From positions 62,001 through 100,349 of the forward strand of contig JBLNDL010000057.1 in the NCBI GenBank assembly GCA_050261575.1: 38,349 bases of DNA, written 5' to 3'. Below are positions 35,696-38,349 of this stretch, in pieces. The translations under genes were made by a program, and so were the position numbers. How positions within the stretch are numbered: position 1 is the first letter of the stretch; each line of letters opens with the position of its first letter. The stretch comes from Sphingomonadaceae bacterium. Its GTDB lineage: Bacteria; Chloroflexota; UBA6077. Under the pieces are notes generated by a model that was given only the letters and a program-made list of their open reading frames with translations, was not told where the DNA came from and searched no databases.

Positions 35696-37621
35696 TTAGC
35701 TGATCGCCGATGCCCCGTACTGCCTGCTTCCAGAGAACGTCTCTCGTTCCATCCCCCTGCTGCTGAAGCCTATCAGCCTCATCGCGTTGAGGATGACGAT
35801 CAGGACACTCGCTTCGTGGATGAACATCCCTGAGGCCAGGTGTACGTAGTTGGATAGTACGCCAGCCAGCAGGACGAACACAACGGCCACCGCGAAGTAG
35901 GTGTTCTGCTTCATGTTCCGGACGGTCGCCTTCGCGAGGGAGTAGGCGTGCGAGAACTGCATCAGCTTGTCCGCCATCAGCACGACGTCGGCGGTCTCCA
36001 TCGAAACGTCCGTGCCGCCCTCCCCCATGGCGAGCCCGATGTCCGCCGTCGCGATGGCCGGCGCATCGTTGATGCCGTCGCCCGCCATGGCCACGACCCT
36101 GCCCTCTCTCTGCAGCTTCGCGACGATCTCGACCTTGTCCTCCGGCAACAGCTCCGCGTGGAACTCGTCCAGCCCCAGCTCGGTTGCCACCAACTGGGCG
36201 GTGTGTCTGTTGTCGCCGGTCAGCATGACGAGTCTCTCGATGCCGTTCCGCCGCATCTCCGCGATGGCTTCCTTGGCATCTTCTCGGATCTGATCGGCGA
36301 TCGAGACCACCCCCGCGATGTTGCCGTCCACGGCCACGAAGATCGCCGTGTTTCCCGCCCTTTCGCGGCGCAGCGCGTACTCCGAGACCTCGGCGGGTAC
36401 GACCACTCCCTCGGCTTCCATCAGCTTCCTGTTGCCGATGGCCAGGCGTCTCCCGTCCACGGTCGCCCGGACTCCGTTGCCCTTGATGACCTCGCCGTTG
36501 GCGATCCCTTCCCTCAGCTCGACACCTCGCGCCCTGGCCTCCCTGACTATCGTCTGTCCCAGGTGGTGCTCGGAGATCGTCTCGGCCTCGGCCACCAGCC
36601 TCAACATCGTCGCCTCGTCCTGGCCGTTGAAGATCTCGATCTCGGTCACCGCCGGCCTGCCTTTCGTCAGCGTGCCGGTCTTGTCGAAGACCACCGTGTC
36701 CACCCTGGAGAGCTTGTCCATGACCTCGCCGCCCTTGACCAGGACACCGTGCCTCGCACCGTTGCCGATCCCTGCAACGTTGGATACAGGCGCGCCGATG
36801 ACCAGGGCGCCCGGGCAAGCGACCACCAGGAAGGTGATGGCCAGGTGGAGGTCGCGTGATATAACGTACACGACGATCGACAGCGCGACCACCGCGGGCG
36901 TGTAGACGTTGGCGAACCTGTCCAGGAACCTCTGCGTCTTGGACTTCGATTCCTGCGCCTCCTCGACCAGCTCGATGATCCTGGCAAAGGTGGTGTCATC
37001 TCCGACCTTCTCCGCGACCATCTCTATGTAGCCTGTATCGACTATCGTGCCGCTGAGCACTCTGTCCCCAACACCCTTCCTCGCGGGGACGGATTCGCCC
37101 GTGACCGCGGCTTCGTTCAGCGATGCCTGGCCGGAGACGATCCTGCCGTCGACGGGGACCTTGCCGCCGGAGCGAATCACCACTCGATCGCCCTTCACGA
37201 CGTCGGCAACCGGGATGGTGAGGGTTTGCCCGCCGCGCATGACCTCCGCCTCCTGGGGCGCCATCTCCACGAGGGCCTTCAGCGAGGACCGAGTCTTCTC
37301 CAGCGTGCGCGCCTCGAGGAACGCCCCGAAGAGGAACAGGAACGTGACGACCGCCGATTCGGTGTACTCCCTTATGTAGAGGGCGCCGATCACGGCGATG
37401 GTGACCAGAAGCTCGATGCTGAACGCCCTCATGCTGAGCGCCTGGAACGCCCGGATGGCGATCGGCACGGTGGCGACGAGCGTCGCCACGAGCAGGACCA
37501 TCTCACGCTGGTCCTGGTACCCCGCAAGTCCGAGGACGAACCCGATGGCGATCAGGGCACCCGAAATGGCGGTCAGGTGATTCTTGTGTTGATCTACGTG
37601 TTGCCTGATGTGCTGAAGCAT
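35696..37621 (-). CDS. P1B-type heavy-metal ATPase
   Basis: TGES, CPGAL, DKTGT, SEHHLG, TGDN, GDGINDAP, HEAS. ATG 37621 after GAGGAG. Confidence 0.95.
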   Translation of the reverse strand: MLQHIRQHVDQHKNHLTAISGALIAIGFVLGLAGYQDQREMVLLVATLVATVPIAIRAFQALSMRAFSIELLVTIAVIGALYIREYTESAVVTFLFLFGAFLEARTLEKTRSSLKALVEMAPQEAEVMRGGQTLTIPVADVVKGDRVVIRSGGKVPVDGRIVSGQASLNEAAVTGESVPARKGVGDRVLSGTIVDTGYIEMVAEKVGDDTTFARIIELVEEAQESKSKTQRFLDRFANVYTPAVVALSIVVYVISRDLHLAITFLVVACPGALVIGAPVSNVAGIGNGARHGVLVKGGEVMDKLSRVDTVVFDKTGTLTKGRPAVTEIEIFNGQDEATMLRLVAEAETISEHHLGQTIVREARARGVELREGIANGEVIKGNGVRATVDGRRLAIGNRKLMEAEGVVVPAEVSEYALRRERAGNTAIFVAVDGNIAGVVSIADQIREDAKEAIAEMRRNGIERLVMLTGDNRHTAQLVATELGLDEFHAELLPEDKVEIVAKLQREGRVVAMAGDGINDAPAIATADIGLAMGEGGTDVSMETADVVLMADKLMQFSHAYSLAKATVRNMKQNTYFAVAVVFVLLAGVLSNYVHLASGMFIHEASVLIVILNAMRLIGFSSRGMERETFSGSRQYGASAIS

Positions 37622-37729
37622 CTCTGGCTCCTCTGACTTCCTGACCCGACGCTCAGGCGGGGCTGGCAAGCGTTCCGACATCGACCGTCAGGGACAGGGC
37701 GATCCCGATCCGTGACTGGGCCTTACATT

Positions 37730-37795
37730 TGTCACCCTGAGCGACAGCGAAGGATCTCTGCTGCGAGGAGATGCTTCGCTTCGCTCAGCACGACA
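37730..37795. repeat. GTCA-type REP doublet (REPIN-like)
   Basis: TGTCACCCTGAGCGACAGCGAAGGATCT ... AGATGCTTCGCTTCGCTCAGCACGACA. Confidence 0.75.
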
Positions 37796-37827
37796 GTTCA
37801 CGTCACCTTCTCCGCCACAGACCGCCA

Positions 37828-37895
37828 AGCTGGTATCTCTAGATGGAGTACACCTTTCCCGCTAGAGAAGTCGACACGAACTAGAGATACCTGCT
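37828..37895 (+). mobile_element. 68-bp TIR element (MITE-like), copy C
   Basis: AGCTGGTATCTCTAGATGGAGTAC...CTAGAGATACCTGCT. Confidence 0.75.
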
Positions 37896-38116
37896 CAAGA
37901 GACCTTGGCGGAGAGCACCGGGTAGCCCAGCCTCGTGATGATCCCCTTCAGCTCGTCCGCCCCGATCTTGCCCTCGTCGAACTCCGCCTTGACCTTGCTG
38001 GAGTTGAACAGGACCCTCGCCGACTCGACACCAGCCGTCTTGCCCAACGTGGTCTCGATCTTCCTGATGCAGGATGGGCAGGTCAACGGCTCCAACTGAA
38101 ACTCCACTCTCGACAT
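37895..38116 (-). CDS. HMA-domain metallochaperone (CopZ-like)
   Basis: LTCPSC (CxxC), 73 aa, LGYPV; SD AAGGAG. Confidence 0.92.
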   Translation of the reverse strand: MSRVEFQLEPLTCPSCIRKIETTLGKTAGVESARVLFNSSKVKAEFDEGKIGADELKGIITRLGYPVLSAKVS

Positions 38117-38165
38117 CTTCTCCGCTCCTTTCGATACTCGGCCGCTTCCGGCTCTCGATGGCCAC

Positions 38166-38208
38166 AGGTTAACGCACGCCTGGCACGATCGCCTTGACGC
38201 AGATCAAG
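38166..38208 (-). promoter_or_regulatory. FNR/FLP box and class II promoter for the CopZ-ATPase-Crp cassette
   Basis: CTTGATCTGCGTCAAG (minus, 38208-38193) matches TTGAT-N4-ATCAA with one mismatch; -10 TAACCT at 38171-38166. Confidence 0.8.
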
Positions 38209-38349
38209 CATTCTGGTTTTCGCGGCGAAGGAATCGAGACGAACGCCGACGTGGCCACAGGCGTAACGTAAGCCCCCTCGGGAGGGCGCCCCTGGGGGCC
38301 CTGCCCGGGGGGGGGGGTAAGCGGCTGCACGTGCCGCTGCAGGGTTTTG

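Noticed and set aside
38307..38317. G11 tract as a phase-variation site
   Set aside because: Non-coding, about 30 bp from the window end with no visible target; may be a sequencing artefact.

Overview
GC-rich bacterial chromosomal segment; gene content and style suggest Chloroflexota or a similar Terrabacteria lineage (inference, not a search result). It holds about 33 mostly accessory genes. In order: PiT + DUF47, a glycogen-debranching-like hydrolase, a PpaX-like HAD, purA, a GT87-like enzyme, a metallophosphoesterase/nucleotidyltransferase pair, a ComDE-like decarboxylase, two convergent CPA2 antiporters + USP, a MerR-type HTH sensor + HemG/HemY, an ATPase-less Dpp/Nik-type ABC set, LysE, GNAT, orphan CheC-FlgM, an XdhC remnant, a type III PKS + O-methyltransferase, Ldh_2, an ATP-dependent DNA ligase, a DHDPS-family lyase, a class II UvrA, and a CopZ/P1B-ATPase/Crp-Fnr cassette with its FNR box. 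I saw no rRNA, tRNA, transposase, integrase or cas gene. The most interesting signals are mostly non-coding: (1) a highly structured ~200-nt purA leader with anti-SD switch logic that I cannot assign to a known riboswitch; (2) a 68-bp TIR element present three times; (3) an exact 38-bp duplication that reads as a sigma70-type promoter; (4) a 10-bp-periodic operator before a putative haem-sensing regulator of hemG; and (5) four further distinct REP-like palindromic element types.
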